Source: Saprospiraceae bacterium
Lineage (GTDB): Bacteria; Bacteroidota; Bacteroidia; Chitinophagales; Saprospiraceae
NCBI GenBank assembly: GCA_016787415.1
Contig: JAEUUT010000213.1
Span: 8,054-72,053 of the forward strand
Direction of reading: 5' to 3'
Length of the DNA stretch: 64,000 nt
Shown: positions 1 to 8,648 of the stretch, one piece after another
Numbering within the stretch: position 1 is the first letter of the stretch
Layout of the letters: every line of letters starts with the position of its first letter
Position numbers and translations under genes: made by a program
Notes under the pieces: generated by a model
What the model was told of the DNA's origin: nothing
The model's database searches: none
The model's input: the letters and a program-made list of their open reading frames with translations, nothing else

Positions 1-1
1 A

Positions 2-565
2 GAGGAGAGGAATAAGATTTTCAAGCCAGTTGTTGATCTCTTCAAGGATAGCAACAAGTACACTATAGCGCTAACCGGTCCTAACTTCACTCAAAAGAAA
101 AAGGTGTATAAACCCGTATCAATGACTGTGAAACGGATACTGATTCCTGAATTGCCCCAAGAAGAAGGTAAAAATAAGGACCTATTTCAGATATGGGGAA
201 TGGGGGATGCAGAATCCAACAGGACTAAATTGGAGGTTTTTTCTAAGCAGGTTATGGAGTCGGCATCTTTTAGTCGTCTCTTTCCTGATATTACCTTTGA
301 CAAATTTACCATCTATCTCAAGGAAGCGCTCAACTTGACAATACGGTACGAGAAACCTGTGTTTTTTACTGATTTCGATCCGTTGCGCATTTCATTATCC
401 AACGACGATTACATGGGGTTGGTGAATGCTTTTCAGCAGCAGTTTATCGATAAGTATTTCGAACTCAATAATCTTCTGAATGAATCACTTAGTGAAGATG
501 AGATTTCGCAGAAGGAGTATTTGGATGAGATAGTTTTGACAATCTCTCAGGGAAGTCGGCCATAG
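2..565 (+). CDS. hypothetical protein, 5'-truncated by window edge
   Basis: The reading frame is open from base 2 (EERNKIFKPVVDLF...) into the listed 104..565 ORF, whose first codon is GTG. Stop TAG is at 563-565. No motif recognised. Confidence 0.45.
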   Translation, partial: EERNKIFKPVVDLFKDSNKYTIALTGPNFTQKKKVYKPVSMTVKRILIPELPQEEGKNKDLFQIWGMGDAESNRTKLEVFSKQVMESASFSRLFPDITFDKFTIYLKEALNLTIRYEKPVFFTDFDPLRISLSNDDYMGLVNAFQQQFIDKYFELNNLLNESLSEDEISQKEYLDEIVLTISQGSRP

Positions 566-754
566 TGAGATTGATGGCATGTCGGCTGTCCTCACTGGAG
601 CTGGCGCAATGATTTTCAGTCCCCATGCGAAGATACAATAAAATATATTGACATCTTGAATAAGATTGAAAGCCTACATCTAGCAACTTAATGGCTGTCT
701 ATTCGTTATTTATGAGTTACCTGTGGACAGCATTCTTTAATTTGATTAAAAAAA

Positions 755-2020
755 ATGAACATTGAACGAGACACGACCACAAAGTTGATTTTCAAAGGAA
801 GATTAGAATTTGGTTCTGAACGCACGTTCAGAATGGCCCTACGCCATTGGGAAACACGAGTCAAAAATTATTTTAAAACTGAAGTCTTGCTTAAAGCAGA
901 TGAAGTGTTCAATACTGAATCCTATACGCTGGACGTGCCACAACAAGTGATAATGAGCACAGAAAAACACTGGCGTAGTACAACCGACTTGTTAAAAGAG
1001 ATTGCCCAATATGCCCTTGCTGGTAATGTGGGCGCTTGGTGGGTCAACAGTGGTCACGTATTGGGACAGTACACTATCGAACCGCAGAATGATCGATCGG
1101 CTGTGGCTGAATTCATTCGCGGCCGCGAACTTACGCAGCAAGGTGCTCTAGAATTCGCTCAGGAAGCTCTGAGCAGCGCGATCTCTAAATTCGAACGCAA
1201 CGCCTTGGCCTACGAACGCCGCGGGTATGTAAATTACAAACTGAAGAATTTCAAAGATGCTCAATACGACTTTTCCAAAAGTATCCAGATCAATCCGAAC
1301 AACCCCGAGCCCTACTACGGCCGCGGCATGGTGCGGATGATCATGAACGACTGGGAACCGGCAATTCAGGATTTCAATGCGGCTTTAGAAATCTCGCTAG
1401 CCGTGCAGCCTGTGCACTGGTTAGCCCGCCTTCGCAAAGCGGAATGCTTGTTCCACTGTAAACGTTTTGCAGAAGCAGCGCCGGAACTCAAATTATTCCT
1501 GCAAAAACAGTTTCCGGATACCCACCCGGTATTCCGTTTTCGACCGAAGGCGGAATATCTTTTAGAAAAAGTCTCTATATCTACTGGTAGTTACTACATA
1601 AGGAAGGAGGCTCCTGAACACAATATAAATATTGACAACATATTGGCGGATGATTATTTAATGATGGAATACTCAAAAAGCGGTATGAGTTCCACTGACT
1701 TTTTGTCAATAACCAGCAATTATAATATTCCACTTATAGAATGGGCTAGATTCATTCAAACTAATCCATCAGAGTTACAACTTCACATAAATGACAATAT
1801 AACGTTTAGTTCTAAGGATTCAGAACGCATATTGGAAATACATAGAGTTTTGAAGCAAGGCGTAAATATTTTTGGCTCATCCAATCATCTTGTAAAATGG
1901 CTTTACACAGATATTCCTGCCTTGGGAGGAAAGCAACCTCAAACATTTCTTGATAATACTTTTGGTCTTATCATTATCCGTGATGAACTTACTCGTATAG
2001 AACATGGTATATTTTCATGA
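755..2020 (+). CDS. Long antitoxin-like protein: unknown N-terminal domain, TPR repeats, and a C-terminal Xre/MbcA/ParS-type toxin-binding domain (DUF2384-like)
   Basis: The C-terminus VKWLYTDIPALGGKQPQTFLDNTFGLIIIRDELTRIEHGIFS matches the RES-antitoxin signature. The middle has TPR-like repeats (YERRGYVNYKLKNFKDAQYDFSKSIQINPNNPEPYYGRGMVRM...). Its stop overlaps the RES gene start (ATGA at 2017-2020). Confidence 0.75.
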   Translation: MNIERDTTTKLIFKGRLEFGSERTFRMALRHWETRVKNYFKTEVLLKADEVFNTESYTLDVPQQVIMSTEKHWRSTTDLLKEIAQYALAGNVGAWWVNSGHVLGQYTIEPQNDRSAVAEFIRGRELTQQGALEFAQEALSSAISKFERNALAYERRGYVNYKLKNFKDAQYDFSKSIQINPNNPEPYYGRGMVRMIMNDWEPAIQDFNAALEISLAVQPVHWLARLRKAECLFHCKRFAEAAPELKLFLQKQFPDTHPVFRFRPKAEYLLEKVSISTGSYYIRKEAPEHNINIDNILADDYLMMEYSKSGMSSTDFLSITSNYNIPLIEWARFIQTNPSELQLHINDNITFSSKDSERILEIHRVLKQGVNIFGSSNHLVKWLYTDIPALGGKQPQTFLDNTFGLIIIRDELTRIEHGIFS

Positions 2021-2475
2021 TTACATTTAGACTAACTAAAGAACAATACAAGTACGATTTATCAGGTAAAGGATCTGAAATTACTGGAGGGAGGTGGAAT
2101 AGTAAAGGTGTAGCGGTTTTATATACTTCATTTAATCGGGCATTATGCATGGCTGAGGTATTAGTACATCAACCAGCAGGCAAATTATCTTCAGATTTCT
2201 GGTTAACTAGTATCGAATGCCCCCAAGAAATTTTAAGTCATGAAGTGAATATAAATGATCTGCCTGACAATTGGCGGATATTTCCCCCTCCATTAGGATT
2301 AAAAGCGATAGGAGACTCTTTTATTTTAGAGCAAAAAAATGCGGGATTGATAGTTCCCTCTGCTGTTGTGCCCGGTGAAAAAAATCTACTTCTTAATCCC
2401 AAACACCCTGATTTTTGCAACATACAAATTATTCAAAGTGAGATATTTGTATTTGATTCGAGGCTAATACGTTAA
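2017..2475 (+). CDS. RES-domain toxin (NAD+-degrading RES family)
   Basis: Carries GGRWNSKG (Arg), MAEVLVHQ (Glu) and LIVPSAVVPGEKNLLLNP (Ser), the R-E-S hallmark order. Size is 152 aa. It is translationally coupled to the upstream antitoxin-like gene. Confidence 0.85.
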   Translation: MITFRLTKEQYKYDLSGKGSEITGGRWNSKGVAVLYTSFNRALCMAEVLVHQPAGKLSSDFWLTSIECPQEILSHEVNINDLPDNWRIFPPPLGLKAIGDSFILEQKNAGLIVPSAVVPGEKNLLLNPKHPDFCNIQIIQSEIFVFDSRLIR

Positions 2476-2593
2476 GATTCCGAACTTTTCGAATCAGAGA
2501 CTTTTCCGCTGGCCCCCGCTGGCGCACAGGCTATCCAACCCTCAACCCGCGCAGCGCTGGTCCCTGTTGGCACCTAGGCTCTCCTTCCCTTAC

Positions 2594-2618
2594 CCCGAGT
2601 GGCGCTGGCGCGTCGGCT
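2594..2618. repeat. GC-rich 25-nt motif CCCGAGTGGCGCTGGCGCGTCGGCT (copy 1)
   Basis: 24/25 identical to 5294..5318. It sits in a GC-rich island of about 150 nt (about 2500-2640) between AT-rich genes. Confidence 0.5.
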
Positions 2619-2693
2619 TTGCCGCGTGCCTCCACTGGTCGATTTGGAATTTTAAGACATTATCCTACATTTACATAGTTAAACCTCCTGTCT

Positions 2694-3365
2694 ATGAAAT
2701 TGATATTCCCAATGATTTGTCGATTAAGCAGTTCCCTGGTCACCATCGCCTTCATATTCCTCCTGCAAGCATGCAAGGATGAAGAAAACAACTTTAATCC
2801 GTTAGAGACAGGTTTCGTCTCACATCTATCCTTCAACGGAAACTTGAATGACTTTAGCAATTATGCAACTGTACTCGATTCATGTGCTTCATCCTACTAT
2901 GTGCCAGGTATAAATGGGGAAGCAATTATGCTGGATGAAAATTGCTGGAATGTCAAATTTGACAAACTGACTTTCAGAAACGGTCAGTGCATCAGTGTTT
3001 CGGTATGGTTCAAGACCAGCGAGGACGGGAATACATGGCATTTTATAAAAAGCAGTGATTTTCAAATTTTTACCTCGCACGGCGAAGCGGGCATAGCCAT
3101 CTCTATACCAGAAACCAACAGCGCAAAAGGTGCATTTGAATTGGGCAAGTGGACCCATATAGTCGGCACCTACAATGGAACGACTATAAAAACCTATATT
3201 AATGGGCAGTTGGTGGCCTCCACCAAACACAAAGGAGAAATTTCTGCCCCGGGCTATTCATTTGAACTGGACGGCGGCGGCACCTGGACAGGCGCCATTG
3301 ATGAACTTTACATTTTCGATACCGAACTCAACGAAGAACAAGTCAAAAAACTGTATGAGATGTAG
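2694..3365 (+). CDS. LamG / concanavalin-A-like lectin domain lipoprotein
   Basis: Lipoprotein signal ...FIFLLQAC. The LamG-type C-terminus reads WTHIVGTYNGTTIKTYINGQLV...IDELYIFDTELNEEQVKKLY. Confidence 0.65.
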   Translation: MKLIFPMICRLSSSLVTIAFIFLLQACKDEENNFNPLETGFVSHLSFNGNLNDFSNYATVLDSCASSYYVPGINGEAIMLDENCWNVKFDKLTFRNGQCISVSVWFKTSEDGNTWHFIKSSDFQIFTSHGEAGIAISIPETNSAKGAFELGKWTHIVGTYNGTTIKTYINGQLVASTKHKGEISAPGYSFELDGGGTWTGAIDELYIFDTELNEEQVKKLYEM

Positions 3366-3421
3366 ATCGAGTCCCCTTTGAACCATCCAACGATTGGTGC
3401 CCTTACCTACAATACAAAAAC

Positions 3422-4609
3422 TTGAAATACATCTCACGAACAGTCTGGGTTTTATCCATCGTAAGCCTGCTGACCGACACAGCAAGTGAAATGCTGTATC
3501 CGATTATGCCCATTTACTTGAAAACAATAGGTTTTTCAGTGGTGCTGATTGGAATACTGGAAGGGGTGGCCGAAGCGACCGCCGGGTTGAGCAAAGGGTA
3601 TTTTGGCAAACTTTCCGACACCTCGGGCAGGCGCGTGCCCTTTGTGCAAATAGGTTATGCCTTCAGCACCGTTTCCAAACCCATGATGGCTGTTTTCGTT
3701 TTTCCGCTTTGGATATTTTTGGCGCGCACACTGGATCGATTTGGCAAGGGTATTCGCACAGGCGCCAGAGACGCTATCCTTTCAGACGAAGCAACGCCGC
3801 AAACCAAAGGGAAGGTTTTTGGATTCCATCGTTCTATGGACACATTCGGCGCCGTAATGGGGCCGTTATTGGCTCTGCTTTATCTATATTACCATCCAGG
3901 CGGCTACCAAACACTTTTTTACATCGCTTTCGTGCCGGGATTTTTTGCTGTTCTGGCGTCCTTTTTCCTGAAAGAAAAAAACCAGGCAGCCGACAAACCC
4001 CAAAATGCCGTTTCATTTTTTTCATTTCTGCATTACTGGAAAGAAAGTCCGGCGGCATATAAAAATCTGGTGGCAGGACTGTTGGTGTTTACCTTGTTCA
4101 ACAGTTCAGATGTTTTTTTACTATTAAAAATAAAAGAAGCAGGCCTCGACGATACGGCAGTCATTGGCGTTTATATTTTTTACAACCTCGTTTATGCATT
4201 GTTTGCATTTCCGCTGGGGATTGCTGCCGACAAAATTGGTCTTAAAACCATTTTTGTAACAGGGCTGGCGTTGTTTGCAACGGTATATTTGGGAATGGCC
4301 ATCAACACCCATCTCTATTTCTTCTTTGGCTTGTTTTTTCTGTATGGTGTTTATGCGGCAGCCACTGAGGGTATTTCAAAAGCATGGATTTCAAACATTA
4401 CGGACAAAAAAGACACTGCAACTGCGATCGGAACATTTTCGGGACTACAAAGTATTGGTAGCATGCTGGCGAGTTCTATGACAGGGCTTATCTGGTTTCA
4501 GTTTGGTGCAACTACTGCTTTTGTGTTGACCGCGACCGCGACGCTGCTGGTTTTTGTCTATTTTATGACGGTTTCTATACCTGCTCGCTCGTACGGCACG
4601 CAAGGCTGA
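3422..4609 (+). CDS. MFS transporter
   Basis: About 12 predicted TM helices, and N-terminal VSLLTDTASEMLYPIMPIYLK as in MFS_1 proteins. The start is a TTG, so it is uncertain. Confidence 0.8.
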   Translation: MKYISRTVWVLSIVSLLTDTASEMLYPIMPIYLKTIGFSVVLIGILEGVAEATAGLSKGYFGKLSDTSGRRVPFVQIGYAFSTVSKPMMAVFVFPLWIFLARTLDRFGKGIRTGARDAILSDEATPQTKGKVFGFHRSMDTFGAVMGPLLALLYLYYHPGGYQTLFYIAFVPGFFAVLASFFLKEKNQAADKPQNAVSFFSFLHYWKESPAAYKNLVAGLLVFTLFNSSDVFLLLKIKEAGLDDTAVIGVYIFYNLVYALFAFPLGIAADKIGLKTIFVTGLALFATVYLGMAINTHLYFFFGLFFLYGVYAAATEGISKAWISNITDKKDTATAIGTFSGLQSIGSMLASSMTGLIWFQFGATTAFVLTATATLLVFVYFMTVSIPARSYGTQG

Positions 4610-4649
4610 AAAGGATATAGACGCCTCACCGAACGCACACCTACTTCGC

Positions 4650-5111
4650 TCACCGATATATCAGACGATAGGTCAAATAATGCCCGCCAGAATAAGCGGC
4701 GAAGGATATTCCGATATCCACCAAATAATGCCAGCGCGGCCGTTTTTCACCCAGGGTTATGCAGGCGCCAGCGCCAAATGCGGCTACCTGCGAAGTGCTG
4801 GCTAACAGGTGCTTGGCATCAGTAAAAAATACAGGTGTGCTGCTTCGTTTTTTGTTTTCCGGCCAGTCGACGTATTTATTCGTCCAGGATATGGCCGGGT
4901 TCCAAAATTGGGGCTCTGCACCCGGAAATCGCGCCTGAAAATCGCCCCAATGGTGCGAGGTGGCTTCATGCAGCCCCCAGGATGCACCTGAAATAAAACA
5001 CAAAGAAGCTGGTGCAATGGCATGTTTCCATTCATACCGCTGCGCCCGACACAAAGAGGTTGTAACTAAAATAAAGATAAGTATATTTTTCATAGAGACT
5101 TTTGACTTCAT
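4650..5111 (-). CDS. hypothetical secreted/membrane protein
   Basis: N-terminal signal-like MKNILIFILVTTSLCRAQ. No family recognised. The start could instead be the internal Met at 5093. Confidence 0.45.
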   Translation of the reverse strand: MKSKVSMKNILIFILVTTSLCRAQRYEWKHAIAPASLCFISGASWGLHEATSHHWGDFQARFPGAEPQFWNPAISWTNKYVDWPENKKRSSTPVFFTDAKHLLASTSQVAAFGAGACITLGEKRPRWHYLVDIGISFAAYSGGHYLTYRLIYR

Positions 5112-5293
5112 TGCCAGAAAGTCACCTCAAAAATATGTCCGTATTTACACCAGGAAAGATGATTTACTACATTCACTCTGTTGATTTTAATTGCAAGGCC
5201 GAGATGCCATGAAAAGCAAAAAATCAACCAAAACCATCCTGAATACAGACATAATCCGCATTGCCTTGCTGGCACAGTCTGTCCGACCTTTCA

Positions 5294-5318
5294 CCCGAGT
5301 GGCGCTGGCGTGTCGGCT
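5294..5318. repeat. GC-rich 25-nt motif CCCGAGTGGCGCTGGCGTGTCGGCT (copy 2)
   Basis: 24/25 identical to 2594..2618. It lies in a divergent intergenic region. Both copies have TGGCAC about 25-30 nt upstream. Confidence 0.5.
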
Positions 5319-5458
5319 GCCTAGTAGAATGTTCACCACTTGAAAATTTTCCTCATACATTGGTCTTTCTCCCAAAATCACCTATTCTTGTTCCCACAAA
5401 ATCCATCATTCGCTAGCGCTTCCATTTTCAATTTTTCATTTCTACAACCAGATTAACA

Positions 5459-6604
5459 ATGGCAAAAATTAAAGTCGGCGTGGTCGGCACCGGTTTTATC
5501 GGCCCTGCGCATATCGAAGCGCTTCGCAGGCTTCCGAATGTGGAAGTTACCGCGCTTTGTGAAGTAAACATGGAATTGGCTGCCAGCAAAGCGGCCCAGT
5601 TGGGTATCGAGCGGCCCTGCACCTTCGAGCAATTACTGGCGATGGAAGATATTGCCTGTGTGCACGTGTGTACCCCCAATTTTTTGCATCATGCGCAATC
5701 GAAAGCGGTGCTGCTGGCCGGCAAACACGTGGTGTGTGAAAAACCGCTGGCGAAAGACCTGCACGAAGCAGAAGAACTGGTGGCCTTAGCCAAAGAAACC
5801 GGCCTGGTCAATGCCGTACATTTCAACCTGCGTTATTACCCGCTGGTGCGCCAAATGAAAACCATGCGGGAGAAAGGCGACCTGGGCGAGGTGTACTCGA
5901 TCCTGGGTTCTTATTTGCAGGACTGGTTGTTCTACGAAACCGACTACAACTGGCGACTGGAACCCGATAAATCGGGCGATTCCCGGGCCATCGCCGACAT
6001 TGGTTCGCACCTGATGGATGTGCTGGAATACATCACCGGCCTGAAAACGGTGGAAGTGATGGCGGATTTCAACACCATCCACAAAACCCGAAAAAAGCCT
6101 TTGAAGCCGGTAGAAACCTACTCCGGCAAGATGTTGAAACCCGAAGACTACGCGGACGTGTCCATCAACACCGAAGACCACGCCAACGTATTGTTGCGTT
6201 TCGACAATGGCAACCGCGGCGTCGTCACCGTCTCGCAGGTGTCGGCAGGCCGTAAAAACCAGTTGAAACTGGAAATATCCGGTTCCAAACAAACCTTTGC
6301 CTGGAACTCGGAAGCCCCGAACGAATTGTGGATCGGCAACCGCGACCGCAGCAATGAAGTATTGATGCGCGACCCTTCGCTGAGTTATCCGGAGGCCCGC
6401 GATCTGATGAGTTTCCCGGGTGGGCACAACGAGGGATTCCCGGATACGTCCAAACAATTGTTCAAGGAAGTGTATGCCGCTGTGACGGCGGGCAAGCAGC
6501 CGGAAAACCCGTCGTTTCCCACCTTTGCCGATGGATACCGGGAATTGCTGATTTGTGAGCGGATACTGGAGAGTAGCCGGAAGCAGGGCTGGGTGAAGGT
6601 GTAA
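5459..6604 (+). CDS. Gfo/Idh/MocA family oxidoreductase
   Basis: N-terminal Rossmann KVGVVGTGFIGPAHIEAL and EKPLA motif (VVCEKPLAKDLHEAEEL). Confidence 0.9.
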   Translation: MAKIKVGVVGTGFIGPAHIEALRRLPNVEVTALCEVNMELAASKAAQLGIERPCTFEQLLAMEDIACVHVCTPNFLHHAQSKAVLLAGKHVVCEKPLAKDLHEAEELVALAKETGLVNAVHFNLRYYPLVRQMKTMREKGDLGEVYSILGSYLQDWLFYETDYNWRLEPDKSGDSRAIADIGSHLMDVLEYITGLKTVEVMADFNTIHKTRKKPLKPVETYSGKMLKPEDYADVSINTEDHANVLLRFDNGNRGVVTVSQVSAGRKNQLKLEISGSKQTFAWNSEAPNELWIGNRDRSNEVLMRDPSLSYPEARDLMSFPGGHNEGFPDTSKQLFKEVYAAVTAGKQPENPSFPTFADGYRELLICERILESSRKQGWVKV

Positions 6605-6623
6605 TGTCGGAATGAAAGGTTTT

Positions 6624-6656
6624 AACATCGGCAGCGCTTGAAGCGCTGCCGATGTT
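6624..6656. terminator. Perfect 15-bp-stem palindrome AACATCGGCAGCGCT-TGA-AGCGCTGCCGATGTT between convergent genes (likely bidirectional terminator; repeated element)
   Basis: Read directly. It lies between the stops at 6604 (+) and 6665 (-). The core CGGCAGCGCTTGAAGCGCTGCCG recurs at 14124..14156. Confidence 0.55.
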
Positions 6657-6664
6657 TCCCACGC

Positions 6665-7438
6665 TCACCCCTTCAAAGGAAACAGTACTGCCGCACTCAC
6701 CCCTACCCTTCGGCTTTTGGCGGTGGTTGGCTGTACCGCTCCGGCAGCATCGGGAATGAGGTCGGTCAATCCGAGCATATAGCGGCCATCCACAAAAAGA
6801 ATCACTTTACCAAGGGAGAGGTTGAGCCCGGCGCCCAAATGCAGGTTGACACTATTTCTGCGAAAGACCCATTGTATGGGATTCACTTCTTGCGCCGGGT
6901 ACCCGTCTTTTTTAAAGGCTACATCCAGGTTGTTTTCTTCTGTAAAAAAAGCGCTGACGGTACCGTCCGGCTGGGTGATTTTGGCCACAAACTCCCGGTG
7001 GCTTTTGCCCGACAGACCAAAACCCATGGAGGGCCCGGCAAGCAGGTGAAACTTCCAATGCCGGGAGCCGAATTTAACTTTGGCCAATGCCGGAACTTCT
7101 ATGGTTGAAACGCGCACCCAGCCTTCCGTGTGCCGGTACACTTGTACCGTTCCACCTTCCAGCGCATTGGTGGTTTGATCGAAACGTGTACCATTCAACC
7201 CGTACATGATTTCCGGTTGAATGGCAAAAATACCTTTCAGCCCAATCTCTACAGGGATCGTAATATGGAAGGTGCTCAGTTGTTTCAGTTCAGGATCATC
7301 CGTTGCTCTGGGGGTGATATCGAGATTAGACAATAACAGGCCTGCTTTAACGCCCACTTTGACGGTCTGGGCAACCGTAACCTGAAAAAATAATGTAGTG
7401 CATAGCAACAGGAAAAAGGGCAGAAAGGAGCGTTTCAT
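6665..7438 (-). CDS. outer-membrane beta-barrel (porin-family/OmpW-like) protein
   Basis: Signal peptide ...FFQVTVAQ, alternating beta-strand pattern, and an aromatic-rich C-terminus ...SAAVLFPLKG. Confidence 0.7.
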   Translation of the reverse strand: MKRSFLPFFLLLCTTLFFQVTVAQTVKVGVKAGLLLSNLDITPRATDDPELKQLSTFHITIPVEIGLKGIFAIQPEIMYGLNGTRFDQTTNALEGGTVQVYRHTEGWVRVSTIEVPALAKVKFGSRHWKFHLLAGPSMGFGLSGKSHREFVAKITQPDGTVSAFFTEENNLDVAFKKDGYPAQEVNPIQWVFRRNSVNLHLGAGLNLSLGKVILFVDGRYMLGLTDLIPDAAGAVQPTTAKSRRVGVSAAVLFPLKG

Positions 7439-7634
7439 GATAATTCTCAGGTGTTTTTATGTTCCATTCTGCAAGATACAGTGGTATCTCGGTAATATAA
7501 ACGCCCCGAACACAGTACCTCTACATCTGCTATCGTTGTTGTAGATTATTTCCCCCACTTCATGTCAACATTGTTGCGGCTAATGCCCGGCACATTGGCA
7601 AAAATCCGGAATTGTCCGACTGGAAAACGCCGGA

Positions 7635-8648
7635 TCAACTCGCCCTTACTTCGATAACAACTTTTCCTTTTGCGCGCCCCGACTCAACATAAGCCATCGC
7701 CTCATTCGTTTGTTCGAATGAAAATGTTTTATCTACAACAGGTCGAATTTTTCCCGCTTCCATCAAAGCGGTAATTTCTCCCAACTGCTTTCCTTCCGCC
7801 CGCATAAAAAGGAATGAAAAGTGGACATTCCGTTTTGCGGCTTTTCTTTTTATGCTAAAACTCAGCAAGCGCATGACCATTTTGATAAACCAAGGCAGGC
7901 CTTTCTCCTTTGCAAATTCGACATCGGGAGGCCCCGAAATTGAAACGACCTTCCCACTTGGCTTCAATATTTTCAAAGACTTTTCAAGCGTCTTAGTGTC
8001 TTGACTATTCAAAACAAAGTCATAGTCTTTTAACAGGGTCTCAAAATCTTGTGTTTTATAGTCAATTACCACATCAGCGCCCAAACTTTTTACCAATTCT
8101 GTATTGGCTGCGCTTGTTGTTGTTGCCACAAAAGCCCCTAAGTGTTTTGCCAACTGAATGGCAAACGTACCTACGCCGCCTGAACCTGCCTGGATGAATA
8201 TTTTTTGCCCTTTTTTAATATTCATTTTTTCAACCAGGGCCTGCCAAACGGTCAAACCTACCAATGGAATGGAAGCGGCCTCTGTCATCGTCAAGTTCTG
8301 GGGTTTCAGAGCCAAATCTGGCTCTTCTACCGCAATATACTCGGCAAAAGTGCCAATGCGAAAGTCGGCAGGTCTTGCATACACTTCATCGCCAACTTTA
8401 AATTTGGAAATTCTTGAGCCGGTTTTTATAACAACACCTGCTACGTCATGCCCTAAAACAAAGGGTGGTTTATAGGGTAACAAGAGTTTGAACTCGCCAT
8501 CTCTTATTTTGGAATCCAGTAAGTTTACACCTGCAGCATGAACTTGAATCAATACTTCATTTTCTTTTACAGATGGTTCATCGATGGTTGTTAAATACAG
8601 TTTTTCTTTTTTGCCGTAGCGGTTAAGAACAAATCCTTTCATTTTCAT
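7635..8648 (-). CDS. NADPH:quinone reductase-like / zinc-type alcohol dehydrogenase superfamily (MDR) oxidoreductase
   Basis: GHDVAGVV, the cofactor loop IQAGSGGVGTFAIQLAK, and C-terminal GRAKGKVVI. Confidence 0.85.
   Translation of the reverse strand: MKMKGFVLNRYGKKEKLYLTTIDEPSVKENEVLIQVHAAGVNLLDSKIRDGEFKLLLPYKPPFVLGHDVAGVVIKTGSRISKFKVGDEVYARPADFRIGTFAEYIAVEEPDLALKPQNLTMTEAASIPLVGLTVWQALVEKMNIKKGQKIFIQAGSGGVGTFAIQLAKHLGAFVATTTSAANTELVKSLGADVVIDYKTQDFETLLKDYDFVLNSQDTKTLEKSLKILKPSGKVVSISGPPDVEFAKEKGLPWFIKMVMRLLSFSIKRKAAKRNVHFSFLFMRAEGKQLGEITALMEAGKIRPVVDKTFSFEQTNEAMAYVESGRAKGKVVIEVRAS

Noticed and set aside
2560-5320. Sigma-54 promoters suggested by TGGCAC upstream of both copies of the GC-rich 25-mer.
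   Set aside because: The required -12 element (TTGC about 5 nt after TGGCAC) is absent in both copies: TGGCAC-CTAGG-CTCT and TGGCAC-AGTCT-GTCC.
5786-6628. Long antisense ORFs inside well-supported genes. Examples: 5786..6628, 14716..15594, 18648..19292, 20031..20849, 21082..22107, 22372..23184, 55080..56159, 56223..56915, 59452..60363, 59846..60451, 63257..63820.
   Set aside because: Each lies opposite a gene with clear family motifs (Gfo/Idh/MocA, asparaginase, TolC, MFP, RND, GcvP, permease/GT39, MaeB). Their translations are low-complexity, Arg/Gly/His-rich and lack motifs, as expected of shadow ORFs in GC-richer coding DNA.
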